Of a stretch of DNA of 64,000 bases, positions 1 to 11,888 are shown in pieces; position 1 is the stretch's first letter; each line of letters begins with the position of its first letter. Under the pieces are notes generated by a model. It made no database searches and was not told the origin of the DNA. It worked only from the letters and a program-made list of their open reading frames with translations. The stretch lies in assembly GCA_963693365.1 (NCBI GenBank), contig CAVNZM010000003.1:9251019-9315018 (forward strand). The letters run 5' to 3'. This DNA comes from Amoebidium appalachense (taxonomy: Eukaryota; Protista; Ichthyosporea). Both the position numbers and the translations under genes were made by a program.

Positions 1-1589
1 GAGTGAACTGTTCCCTTGCCGGAGTTTGTTGTGTACGTCTGCACTGTTGAAATATGTGAAGTATTCGCGCACTGCTTTTGGCATGGGCACTTGTGTTCCG
101 TTTTTTGTGATACGGGGAGCTCCTGCTTCCGTACTTCCTGCCGTCGTTACTACACGCATGCTGAAATCCTTATCCTGCCAACGTATGGCCCGTACTTCAA
201 CCCCTCCCTCCGTAGTGGTAGTGGCTGCTGCCCATTTCCCCCTTCCCTCCTCGCACTTCGCTGCCAAAAGATTGGTTGGGAAGTTTTTATGTGCCGTTTT
301 CACGTTTAGAACTGAGTAAAAGTTGAAGCGCTCTTTAAGGTTGACCGCGCATTTGACCGACCCAAACCAAGAGTCCGCGACAACTGTGCTTGGGTGGACA
401 CCGTTTTGTGCTTTCCAAGGGGAAACAAGACGCAAAGTGACCGCTGTGCCCGCGCCGAGTTCCTTCTGGTACGGTTTCTCTTGCATCCGCTCCTTTCCTT
501 CCTGCAATTCGAAGTTGATCATGATTCCCGTTTTCGAATCGTGCAAGACTTTGAACTCTTGCCCGAGAGGGTGGGGTTTTCGCTTGACATACGTGAGGCA
601 AAAACAATCGTCGGAATAGAGGGGAACCATCGACTCGTCCCCTGTAAAAATATCACCCGGTTCGATTGCAAAAATGAAGGTCTCCTGAAGTTCAATCATG
701 AAACCACGAATCTCTCCGGCTGGGTCGTCCGGAGCGTAGTTGCTGGTGTCTGACACAACAAGGAACCGGCGTATCTCATCAAAACGGGTGTGTGTCATGA
801 AACGTCCAAGATTGTGGGCTGGAAAGATCGAGTGGGTGTTTTCGGTGTTCCAATACTTCCTTCGTTCACCGGGTTGGGGCCGACACACCATATAAAGCCA
901 CACTCCCAGCCATGCATAAAACTCTCCCTCGGTCACATCGGTCCATTTCTTTCCCGTTTTCGCTTTTTCTGCTCGTGCCCGTTCATTTGTGAGTTTTAGG
1001 ATTGTTGTTTTAGTGAAGCTTCGCGGCCACCAGTGAAGAAAAAGAGCGAAAGCACTACCGTCGTTGAGTATTTCAGTGTTCGTAAGTTTGGGTTTCCGAA
1101 CCGGTTGTTGTTCACGTTTGTCTGCCAGTGGTGCCCCCGTGTTCAGCTCCCACTTGTACTCACTTTTGGGGTCATACTCGACTTCTTCCTCTTCTTCGGC
1201 CCTTTCCCCGTTCTCTCTCTCTCTTTCCCTGTTCCTTTCTTCTTCCACTTCGCTCAACTCATCGTCGTCCTCACTCATATCGGCACTGTTTCCTTCCTCT
1301 AGATCTCTCCCCTCTATCTCGCTCTCTCCCTCCTCACTTCCACTGTCGTCCCCCCTTCAATAGTGTGAATCTCGCTCCGTGGTACTTCTTCTACTTTCCC
1401 GTCGTGGTCTATGTGTACCAACCATTTATTGTTCTTTAATACTTGCATAGTTGTGCCTGTGAGCTGTTTCGTTTCCCATTCTTCACCAAACTGCTCTTTA
1501 CTCCAACGTTCATCATCGTTCCTGACTTTACCATCAAAGATGCATGCAAAAACCCAAACTCTCTGGTCTTTCCTTAAACGCCTAACCAT
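1..1589 (-). CDS. piggyBac-like (DDE_Tnp_1_7) transposase, C-terminus beyond window edge
   Basis: Manual minus-strand translation is open from ~1350 to base 1: ...KLTNERA..WTDVTEGEFYAWLG..YW..GRFMTHTRFDEIRRFL..TGDESMVP..YVKRKPHPLGQEFK..VVADSWFGSV..AVREYFTYFNSADVHNKLR. It has three catalytic-type Asp motifs (DES, DSWF, AD). The N-terminal part (ATG 1589) is joined by one slip in the G6 run at 1350-1355. The main frame is absent from the ORF track because no stop lies inside the window. Confidence 0.9.
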
Positions 1590-1990
1590 TTTCTTTTCTT
1601 TTCACCTATTTCTACCCTAGTTCTACCTTGTTCTTTTTGTTTTCTAGCGCCCAAACTATCATGCGGTGTCTTTTAGTTCGGAAACCAAACGGTGTCCGTG
1701 ATCGGACAGTCGGACACCCCAAAACTGGGGGAAAACGGTTTGCACCCATGATCTTTTGCGCGCCAAAAGCTACTCACCCTGCAGTCCTATTGGTTTCCTA
1801 TAAAGACAAAAAAGGCAGAAACATACTAGACCTCATTGGCCATACCCAGCTTGTGGGGTGTTTCCTAGCGAAAACAACGCTAGCGACGCCGCCGAAAAAG
1901 ATAGGACACTTTTGTCCTTTTTAGCCATTAATTAGGACCGATTTGTCCGGTTATGCGGATTATCAAGTTTGTTCGGGACCAAAAGTTTAA
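1..1990 (-). mobile_element. piggyBac-like DNA transposon; candidate terminus at TTAA 1987-1990
   Basis: Transposase above plus a non-repetitive leader ending in minus-strand TTAA-ACTTTTGGTCCC. piggyBac inserts in TTAA. The partner TIR is outside the window, so the boundary is tentative. Confidence 0.55.
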
Positions 1991-2901
1991 TGCCAACTTC
2001 AAGAGTGACCCAGGACGTGCATACGAAAAGAAGGTCTCCTCAGCAATCAACTCTCAGACTCAGGTGTGTTATGTGTTCCGCTTTGTTTGCTTACGATCAA
2101 TAATATCTATGGTGCCCAGTTAGTCAAGTATAGCTATACGATGCCATATTATTGCACTCTTGGCGTTTTCGTCATGGTATGTTCACAAAGATGCTATGGC
2201 AGGTATTTGGCTTCTAGAAAACTGTTTGTTTGCTGGTCGGGTGCACAACCTCGCTTCTGTTCCTTTTATGCAGGTTGTCTGGCTTGCTACTATTGCCAGG
2301 TGGTGACCAGATTATCACATAAACCTTTTAGGACCCCCTTGCTCCTTCCCTTCTCCCTCCCTTTAATCCTTATCCACACACCCTGCCCAATCACTCCCCC
2401 CCCCCCCCCCCCCCCCCCTCCTCCCCCTTCCCCCCTTGATGATGGGCTCTGTTGAAATGATTCTTGCCTTCACGATGTTTGCTTGTGCATACATTTTCGA
2501 TGGATTCTGGTTTATGTTCGTTATCTGTTCTCCCTCTATGTCCTCCCCCCCCCCCCCCCCCCCCCTCCCCTCCCCCCCCTGTCTCCCCTTGCCCCTTTCT
2601 CTCCCCTGTCCTTCTTATCGTGTCCTGTAATGCACCCCCCCTCCCCTTCTACCCCTCTGGACAAAAAGAGGACTCCCCCTCAACTCCATTTACCGTCACC
2701 TTAGGCACGTGCTCTGCCAGAGTTTGTTTTTACCTTTTACAGATCCCCCCCCCCCCCCCCCCCCCCCCCTTCCTCGATGATGGGACGTGTCAAATGCCTC
2801 TTGTCATGAGTTTGCTTGTGCATACATAAGAGTTTTGGTACCCTGTCTTGTTATCCCTGACAGCTTGCCCCCTCCGCTTCTTATCGTCCCATCTAGTGCA
2901 T

Positions 2902-2939
<38 letters not shown>

Positions 2940-3310
2940 TGTCTTGGTTTGCTTGTGCAAACGTATTGGTTGGTGTCTGGTGCAGGAAATTTTTAACCCC
3001 CGACCCCTTGCCCCCCTCCTCACCCCCTCCGCTTCTAATCGATATTTAATGCATAACCCCCCCCCCCCCCCCCCTGGAGCTCATTTCTTTTCGTCCCATT
3101 CCCTTTGCATTTGCACTGATGAACTTTGTACGTACCCTTTACAAATCCTCCTCCTCCTCCCCCCCCCCCCCCCCCCCCCCCCACCCACCCCACCCCACCC
3201 CACCCGGATGAATAAAATTCACTCTCTTCACTTCTCCCCTTCTCTTCCCGCCACGCATGTTCTCTGTCAATCTTTGTCACTCACCCTTTACAAATGCTTT
3301 TGCACCACAG

Positions 3311-3664
3311 CGCTATCGAGAGAGCATCCACGAGCTAGCTGCTACATTCAACCTTGTTGATAAGAACGACAAACTGTTCTACGATGCCCTGAAAGAGAAG
3401 CTTCGCCTTCCTGAAGGCGAGTTCAGGCGCCCTCCTCGCGATGACGATGAGGAGGGTAAGGCTGCCGCCCAAGGAAACAAGATGCGCGGGCTTCGCAAGG
3501 GGCAGGTGTACATGAAGGTGAAGTTCGGCAAACCTGTGCACGGTGACGAGGAGCAAGAGTTTGCTGCCGATATTGCCGCCGGGAAGACCAAGTACACGAA
3601 GGAGGAGGTCATTGCACGCCTGGAGGAGGCCGGGATCGAATTTTACGGTGCTCAGGGTGACTGA
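3311..3664 (+). CDS. terminal coding exon of an unknown protein (upstream exons not identified)
   Basis: Acceptor CACAG at 3306-3310. Strongly GC3-biased open frame RYRESIHELAATFNLVDKNDKLFYDALKEKLRLP...GIEFYGAQGD ending in TGA, followed by AT-rich 3'UTR-like sequence. No family recognised. Confidence 0.7.
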   Translation, partial: RYRESIHELAATFNLVDKNDKLFYDALKEKLRLPEGEFRRPPRDDDEEGKAAAQGNKMRGLRKGQVYMKVKFGKPVHGDEEQEFAADIAAGKTKYTKEEVIARLEEAGIEFYGAQGD

Positions 3665-4573
3665 AGGAGGACGGTTGTGTTTGTTCATGTTGATGTATAG
3701 TATTAATTAATGAGTACAGTGTTATAGTTGTCAGAAATACGGAGTTGTGTCTGAATACAACAATTAAGAGCGCTCACCTTTTGTTGATTTTCACATTTAA
3801 ACATGTGTAATTGCGGGCACTAGGGATAATTATAAAGGTACTCCGGTCTTGATAGGTGTGAGCAGGATGATTTGTACAATGATGAACATAGGACAGGTTC
3901 GTTTGAGCATCGGTACATGTATCGATTATCACTGACAGACACGGGCGTAGTGATAAACAAATAAATCTGCAGCATAAAAACGCTTGTGGAGTGTATGCAT
4001 CCCCTCCCCCCCCCCCCAAAAAAAAAAAAAAAATCCGGCTGCAGCCAAGCAGGGGGTAGGAAGCCCTGCAGGTTACTATGGGTGGCATCCGCCCTGTCTG
4101 TAACATGTCCATACCACCATGCTGAAAGTTGTTGCTGCCAATATAACCGACCAACACACCAATCTATCGTGCTTGCTGTGTAAGTGTTATTGCTGCAGTC
4201 TGTAGCACCATCACTTACACGTCTAGTTGTACCTGACACCAACAAAATCAACGCCAATACATCCGAATGTAATAGGTGCAGCAATTGCACCCGTCAATAC
4301 TACGGTTAGCCGTCGATGTTAAACATTGGCCCAAATAGATGATATCAATATCAATATGCCCTGCACATGTGTTATAGACGTTGATATCGGCGCAACAAAT
4401 ATCGCGAGGGCTTGTGCAAAACACACTAAGGAAAAACAAAAGGGTGGGGGTGGGGGGTGGGGATTGGGGGGTTGGGGGGTTGGGGGGGGGGGGAGGGGGG
4501 GGGGGGGGGGGGGGGGGGGGATCGATACGACGGCCCCTTATACATATGTGTGGTATAAGTGCCTCACGATATG

Positions 4574-4620
<47 letters not shown>

Positions 4621-4710
4621 TATCCACGCGCATCAACAGATGGGGGCCTTATACTAACAGGTGTAGTACATGTGCATTCTCTCTCCCCAACACCACGCCC
4701 ACGCAAAAAC

Positions 4711-7220
4711 ATGAGTACGAAGAACACCAAAGCAAAGGCCCCCCAGCCTCCCATCGGTACTAATGCTAGTAGTGAAACTGCGGGCGGCAGCGGCGGCGGT
4801 AGCGGGCCGTGCAGCGTTTGCCGTGTTCCAAGTAGCCAACTATGTAGCGGGTGCGGGGCACTTTATTACTGCGGCCGACCACACCAACAGCAACACTGGC
4901 CGGCGCACAAACCCACGTGCAAGCTCCTACGATCCCTCGACACATGTTTGGCTGATGTCACACAACGCCTCGGCGCATCGTGCACAGAGAAAGGTGATTT
5001 GGTAACGCAGCCACCATCACGTGAGCGTACGGAGTGCCAAGAGGGGCTTGTAGTGACGGACACGGTTCATAAGGGCAGGGTGGTGCTGGCAGGGAAACCT
5101 TTCAAAAGGGGTGATGTTTGCCTGAGCGAGGCACCCATAGCGCTATTCACCGACACAAGCAGCACTAGTTTTAAGGATCTCGAGCGAGTTTTCGAGCGGA
5201 AGGGGGTGTCGAGGGCGCATTTTCAGGCGGTTCAAGCAGTCGTTGCCGAAACGAAAAATGACCCAACGGGGTTGGTACGGTTGCTGTTCCACGCACTGGA
5301 GTTTGAACTCCTCTCCAATGACCAGCAGGAGCGCACGCTGGCACTGCACTCACCACCCCTCGACCAGCCCGGCTTTGCGCAAACTTTGGACAGAGCGGTA
5401 GATGCCCTCTACGCAAAGCACCCGTCCATCCTACCATTTGATTCGAACACGTGCAAGCGCATGGCACTCGTACTCAAGGCCAATTCCTACTCATGCGGTG
5501 TAGAAGGGAAGTATGTAGCGCTTAACTCCCTCGGGTGCCGCATTTCTCATAGTTGCGAGCCCAACAGTTTTAAGACACATACGGAAGATGGGGAGAATGG
5601 TCGTGCGCCCGGTGCAAGACATTCCCGTAGGGGAAGAGATAACAGTTACGTACCTCTCTCCCGAGCAGCTGCTTTTGCCACGGGACGAAAGGAGGAAAGT
5701 TTTACAGGAGGTGTTTTGCTTCGAATGTGTCTGTAATAGATGTGTGAGGGAGCACGATGATGTGAGGGGCTATGCGTGTCCCGAGTGCAAGAAGGGGACT
5801 GTGTTAGCACCTGTTGGGACCGAAGGTGGGTGCTATGGTTCTATAATCCACCCCCCCACCCACCCCCGGGCCTATTTTCCCTCTTACCTTCTGTCCCTTC
5901 TCACTCGCTCACTCGCTCACTCCCCCCTCCCCCTCCCCCTCTCCCTCTCTGTTTCTCTCACCTCCCTCGTCCTCGATCGCCTTCTCTCACTCTCCGCATT
6001 TTCCCTTTTTTTCACGTGCCCCTCCCCTGCAGCCTTTCTTGCTCTCTCCGCTATATCCCACTTCATTCATGCGCTCCCTCACCCCCCCCCCCCACACACA
6101 CACTATCTAGGAGTGAGAGGGAGAGGGAGAGGGATAGAAAGGGAGACAGAGAGTTTGTCTTACAAATTATAAAAGCACTCACGATGTGCCTATACTACTT
6201 CCGCCTCCTCCCCCCCCCCCCCCCCTCCTTCTCTCCCTGCCCCTGGGTCTCTCTCCTCACCTCCCCCTTGCCCCCCCCCCCCCCCTCCCCCGTTATGCAT
6301 ACTCTTTATTCCTCCAATGGATGATATGCCCCCCCCTCCCCCCTTTCCCCTCCTCCTGCCCAAACACATGGTACCAAACACATGGTACCATACTCACAAG
6401 GCTTACACTTTTTGTGTGCTCTTTTTGCCTATTCGGCATAGTGTTATCATTGTGAATGCGTACTTCCTACTTTGTAATGGATATTTCTGCATCCTCCTCT
6501 CTCTCTCTCTCTCCCCCCCCCCCACCCCCCCTCCCCTCTCCCCTCTCCCCTTCCCCTCCCTCCCCTCCTTTTTCCACCCCTCCCCCCGCCCCCCTCTCCC
6601 TATCCCACCCACTTACTCTACCCCTCTGTTTCTTTCTTTTTCCCTTAACACCTCTTCCTCTCTTTGCTCCACCCCCACCTCCAATGATTCTCCATCATCT
6701 CTATTTTTAATCCCTGTTCTTCCCAATATCTGTTGCCCCTTTCTTTACCATACTCCCATGCCCCCTCTCACCACACACAAGCGTGCGAGCAAGAGACCTG
6801 ATTAAACACATCCTCACCCGTGAACAACACAAACACAGGCAAACAGATGCAAGAGTGGACACACACACACGCGTGCACACAGTCACACACCGACATGCAC
6901 ACGCATGCACACACACACACATGCACACCCTGCCTGCACTTTGCCATAATTCACCACTAACATCTGCACCATTTCCACCCTTATCACTGCTCTCGTACTG
7001 TACCACTGAGTCCTTTATTTCATCTCTGTCCCCCCCCCCCGTGTTCCGCATTCAACCCCCCCCCCCCCCCCCCCCTTTTCTTCAAAATATGCATACTGTT
7101 GTGTGGTTTGCAGGCGGGTGGTGTTGGTCCTTATGAAAGTATACACCATATCTATAGCACATCCACACATCCCCCCCCCCCCCCCCCCCCCCCTCTACAC
7201 TTGCACAGTTACTCTCCCAC

Positions 7221-7256
<36 letters not shown>

Positions 7257-8058
7257 ACACACACACACCACCACCACCACCACAATTATTCTCCCATTAT
7301 CATTACCACGAGAGCACATCCTTCCCTATCCCACCCAACACCATCGTGACCCTCCCCTCCTGACTCCCCCGACCCCTTTCACCCCCCCTCGTTTATAACA
7401 GCATCTAGGTCCCCTTCATCCATTCACTGCTCACAACCACTCCCCCCGTTCTATCCTGCCACCTACATCCCCTTGCCTTTGCATGTGTCCTGCACCATTC
7501 TTCTGATCTTGTATGTGTACTTCGTACCGTGTTCCGCATTCAAACCCCCCCCCCCCCCCCCCCCCCCCCCCATAAGCAACCCTGCTCGTCTTTGATCAAG
7601 ACGGGTTGACCCACCCAAGTTCAGTTGATGCTGCTGTCTGAGTTGGAGCGTCGTATATACGCGGGCTAAGGGGTCGAAACTCAGACGCAATTGATGACTT
7701 GGGCCCTCCCTGAGGATGGGCTCTGCTTATGACGCATACTGTGCGCATGGCTGATGCTGCATACTTGAATGTTTGCCTTTGCATGTGTCCTGCACCATGC
7801 TTCTCATCGTCTATGCGTACTTCGTACTGTGTTCCGCATTCAAACCCCCCCCCCCCCCCCCCCCTCCGTTCTCTCCCCCGAAGGGGGGCACACAAAACCT
7901 CTGAACCTCCAACTAACACAATGCCTCCCTCCTTCCCCCTCCCCCCCCCCCCCCCCCCCCCCTTCCTTTCCCCTTCCCACCCTCCCACCGAGCTTGCTTG
8001 CCTGCCCAATCATCCCTACCCCGACACCGCCCACTATGAACTCCACCAAAACCCCCCC

Positions 8059-8089
<31 letters not shown>

Positions 8090-8752
8090 AAAAAAAAAAG
8101 AAACATGCACATACACACACACACACACACACACACCACCACTACCACCACCACCACAGGAGGATCGTTTGGGCCATGCAGTGCGTGTTCCCACACCCCT
8201 CCCACCACATGGGTGACTGGCACAACCGCAACTGAGCATCTTTTGTGCAAACGGCTCCAATCGCTGCAGCAGGCCCCCACCACCACCATTGGACCCTCCT
8301 TGATGCAGTTAATCCGCGAGTGCGGATTGGTTGGAATGGCACCCAATCACTACGTGATGTATCAGGCGTTCGATCTGCAGGCTGATTGGTTCGGCGACGT
8401 GGCAGGTGGGCCACTGGCAGCACTTGTGCCTCTGCATTCCATGCTGGATGGCCTGGCGCTTTCCATGCCCTTCTACCCGTTTCCGCTGGCATTTGTGTGC
8501 AAGCGCATTGGCGATGCCCTTCATGACCACGTTCGTCACGTGATTGGGTGTGCGGGAAAACACGTGCACACGGCTGAAAGTGCTGGAAAGTTGAAAATGA
8601 GCCCAAGGCTGAGTACGTTGCTAAGGGCAGCAAGGAAATTTCTAGGTATATCTCGAGCCCTGTTTCTGTTGTGCTGCTATGATGAAGATAACTTCTTTGT
8701 AAATGTCATGCGCAAGAAGATTGAAATGCTGGACAAATTCATATTGGATTAA
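4711..8752 (+). CDS. MYND finger + SET domain lysine methyltransferase (SMYD-like); exons 4711-5825 and 8160-8752
   Basis: MYND CSVC..CSGC..YYCGRPHQQQHWPAHKPTC; SET KGRVVLAGKPFKRGD..E.P, RISHSCEPN, RPVQDIPVGEEITVTYL; post-SET FCFECVCNRC. One slip in the G-run at ~5590. The GT-AG intron 5826-8159 joins in frame (GAA G|GA GGA). Confidence 0.88.
7571..7844 (+). mobile_element. poly(C)-tailed retroposon-like repeat, subfamily B (with structured-RNA core)
   Basis: Near-identical to the reverse complement of 34660-34932. Begins right after a C-run and ends TTCCGCATTCAAA(C)n. Shorter 3' fragments at 7473-7544, 7041-7055 and 39437-39527. Confidence 0.85.
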
Positions 8753-9120
8753 AGGAAAAACTAGTTTTATGGCTAACCTTCATCAAAAGACAGTGGGATA
8801 TTGATATTCGAGACTTGGTCCTAGGGCCAAAAGATGTTATGTAGGGGGGCTGGTTCCCGCTTGTAACTTGACACGATTGCAAAGTGAGAGTCTGCCCAAT
8901 CAAAAGGTTTTCTTTAATCTTTCAGTTCAAACCCTCGGCTCCTCAGAGACTCTGTGTGTGTTTGTGGAGGGGGGGGGGGGGGGTAGATGTGACAGATGGC
9001 GGAAGACTTGCTGTGTGTGTGTGTGTGTGTGTACGCGTGTAGTAGCATGTGTGTGCATGCATGCCTGACTGTGTGCCTGCATCGGTGCGTGGAGCCCCCC
9101 CCCCCCCCCCCCCCCCCCCC

Positions 9121-9360
9121 CGGGGGCCAAGACAGGTGGGCTCGCCTATTGCAGCCGCAGCAACAAAATATGGGTTGAGAACCACGCGCAAGCGGTTAAA
9201 GAGTTGCAATTGAAAACCACTCTTTTGTGGAATCATAGGAACCCCCCTGATGAAATGGGCTTTGTTCAAGTGTTTATTGCCTGCACGTTTGTTTGATTTT
9301 GGTTACGAGACGAAGTTTCAGTTTGTCCTCTGTACTTGTTGTATCCTCCATATTTTCAAC
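9121..9360 (+). mobile_element. poly(C)-associated repeat, subfamily C (diverged)
   Basis: Aligns with 40561-40783 (ACAAAATATGGGTT...CTTTTGTGGA..CATAGGAACCCCCCTGATGA..TGGGCT). 3' fragments starting GATGATGGG also occur at ~2436 and ~2776. Confidence 0.7.
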
Positions 9361-10265
9361 CCTCTAAGCCTTCATCCACATACCCCCCCCCCCCACCCCC
9401 CCCCCCCCCCCCCTCGGGGAATACTTGGAGCCTGTCATATTTTATGTTTTACTATTTTTTATTTTATCCCGTTTTGTTCCCGGAGGGGCCCCAAGGGCCC
9501 TCAGGGGGAACTACCGTCTTCCACCCAGCACCGACAGTGCTCTGGCTAGGGTGCTTCGGTATTATTAGCTAAGCTAACACACCTTTAAATTAAACAAATT
9601 GAATCCTAACTATTTGCACACACTTTCCCCAGGGTATTCACCCCAGCCACGCCGCTGGGTAGCACCAGGCTTCCCCTCCACTCAAGACGTACGAATAAAC
9701 TGAAAAACCGGGCTCTCAATGGTTCGTCTACACTTTGGTGGAATGTGTGGTGTGGTGTGGGTGGGGCCTACGGGGGAGATGGATGGATGGAGGGGACTGG
9801 TGGTGGTGGGTTGCTACTGATGATGGTGTTGGACATAGAGTGTGGTTACGGTGTAGTGGTGTCATGTGCTGATCGGATTCGTCTGTGTCTACCGGGAGGG
9901 TCTGACCCGACCCGGAAACCTAAACGAAACCTCCTTAAAGACCACGAATCCAGTCAATGTTTGACCTACTCCAGCCATACACAACCACCCACATGCACCA
10001 TCCACACCCTCACACACCCAGTCTACCCATCTATGCCAACCCCAGTCCCTTCTTCCCCGCTTTCTCAAGGCTTTCCCAAAACCAAACCTAAATCCCCCCC
10101 CCCCCCCCCCCCCCCCCCCACCCACCCAAATACCCGCACCCACCATTTTTGTCGAACTGTGTCCATATGTCCCGTCCTTTTTCGAGAACCATACTCCACG
10201 GGTGTGGGCCCATGCGAAGACACAAACCTGTGGTGATTGGTATGAAGGATGGCGAGCGAGCGAGC

Positions 10266-10298
<33 letters not shown>

Positions 10299-10486
10299 GG
10301 GGGGGGGGGGGGGGAGGGGGGGGGGAGGGGGGGGGGGGGGGGGGGGGGGGAGGGAGGGAGGGAGGGAGGAAGGGAGGGAGGGAGGGAGGAAGGGAGTGAG
10401 GGAGGGAGCGAGCGAGTGAGGGAGGGAGGGAGAGAGGGGGAGAGAGAGGGAGGGAGGGAGGGAAACTGTGCTCAAGCGAAAAGTGG

Positions 10487-10535
<49 letters not shown>

Positions 10536-10744
10536 GGAGGGTAGGTTGCTTGCGAACCTTAGCTGCTTTTAGCCGGTCAGAGCCTGTGCTAGCGCTGGAC
10601 CGCGTGAAGCCGTGGCCATTGCTGTCAGAGTAGGTGGTCTTGCATCTGAATCTGCCCACACCCGTACCCTGTTAGTGTCTGAGAGAGCGAAGCCCTGCCA
10701 TGGCGCTTGGAAGTGATCGCCGGCAGTAGGCAGTGAGCCAGCTC

Positions 10745-11888
10745 ATTAGTCCAACCACCAACTACGCCATATAAGGATATTTTAAAAAACCGTTTTTACG
10801 AAAGGGAGCCCTACGTCAGTCATTGCGTTCTTCGGGATAAAATTTAGAGTTTACACATTGATGACTACTGTTACTACCTGGGACGGTCACGGGAACTGCA
10901 GACCTGCTTTTTGTCGTTCACGTTTTCAACTTGAAGATTCAAGCAAAGAATCTATATACGTGTTTGCCTTTCTATAGATGTATAGGTCTAGCCTTCCTAT
11001 ATAACATCAGATTATGCTGCAGAATCCGGATCTCAGCCGAAACCTGGGTTAAGCCGGGTAGATAACCCATGGATGCCAAACAGCCCACGTACGATTTCGG
11101 GTTAGATTTGCTCTGCTGTTCATGGAAACGACCGGCCATTCCATTCCATTGAGCCTTTTTAAGGCTCTTGCCTCCCGAATCAAGTTTCCTGAGTGAGAGG
11201 CTAAGAAAATCGTCTACAACGAACTTGCTTTCTTCTCCCGTAAATCTCATACGTGTCTTTTCAACCGCCTCAGTCGACGGTTTGGCTGACTGTGGGGGAC
11301 TGTCACTCTGTGATTCGATGTTGAGGTTTGCAGGCATCTTGTCGGTTCAAACAAGATTATCTACAAGTGTACTGTGCTACTGGAAGACTCGGGCTGGACG
11401 GCCGCAGAGGGTAGGAAAAGAATGAGAAGTGAGGTGCGTGTCTGTTTTTATAACGTTCCCCACGTGCAAGTCCGTGCGTTGGTGCAGGTGTCGCAGTTCA
11501 AGGCACAGCTGTCGCAGCCCACTCAGTATCCACATGCTGCCAGCAACGGAAGTTTGGTTTGGCGCCCTTTCAACAATCCTTTTTTGGCCACTTCAAACTA
11601 TCGACGATTGGTGCAAAAGGACACCATATATAGTTCCATAAAATGAACATTCATTGGGTCGGACATTCAGGACCTGAAAGGATTTCGCGCTAATCCACCT
11701 CCCGAGGTGGATTAGTGGAATCCAGATTACGGCCATGTCCGAGGGGTTTGAAACCCAGATTTACGTGACCGGATCTGGCCGTCTGTTTGGCAGCGGCTGG
11801 ATTTTGAGATTTGGATTTAGCGCTAAACCCAAAATCGCCCGTAATCCGGATTTAGGACCCTAAACCCGGGTTGCCAAACAGGCCCTAA
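10745..11888 (-). mobile_element. PIF/Harbinger (Tourist-like) transposon remnant; one terminus at 11874-11888
   Basis: CCAAACAGGCCC-TAA is the reverse complement of TTA-GGGCCTGTTTGG, a typical PIF/Tourist TIR with a TWA target. Dense subterminal palindromes (GGATTT..AATCC/AAACC) at 11680-11870. The other end was not found, so the left boundary is approximate. Confidence 0.6.
10972..11337 (-). CDS. Myb/SANT-like DNA-binding protein fragment of a PIF/Harbinger-type element
   Basis: RMRFTGEESKFVVDDFL...SGGKSLKKAQWNGMAGRF resembles the N-terminal Myb/SANT-like domain of Harbinger ORF2. It lies just inside a Harbinger-type terminal repeat. Probably spliced or decayed downstream. Confidence 0.55.
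   Translation of the reverse strand: MPANLNIESQSDSPPQSAKPSTEAVEKTRMRFTGEESKFVVDDFLSLSLRKLDSGGKSLKKAQWNGMAGRFHEQQSKSNPKSYVGCLASMGYLPGLTQVSAEIRILQHNLMLYRKARPIHL

Noticed and set aside
5585-5596. Programmed frameshifting or RNA editing suggested by frame breaks in the SET, piggyBac, F-box, CID-EYA and BT1 genes
   Set aside because: Breaks occur in both directions, mostly in short G/C/A runs, with no shared slippery motif. Long-read indel error is the simpler explanation and needs polishing to confirm.
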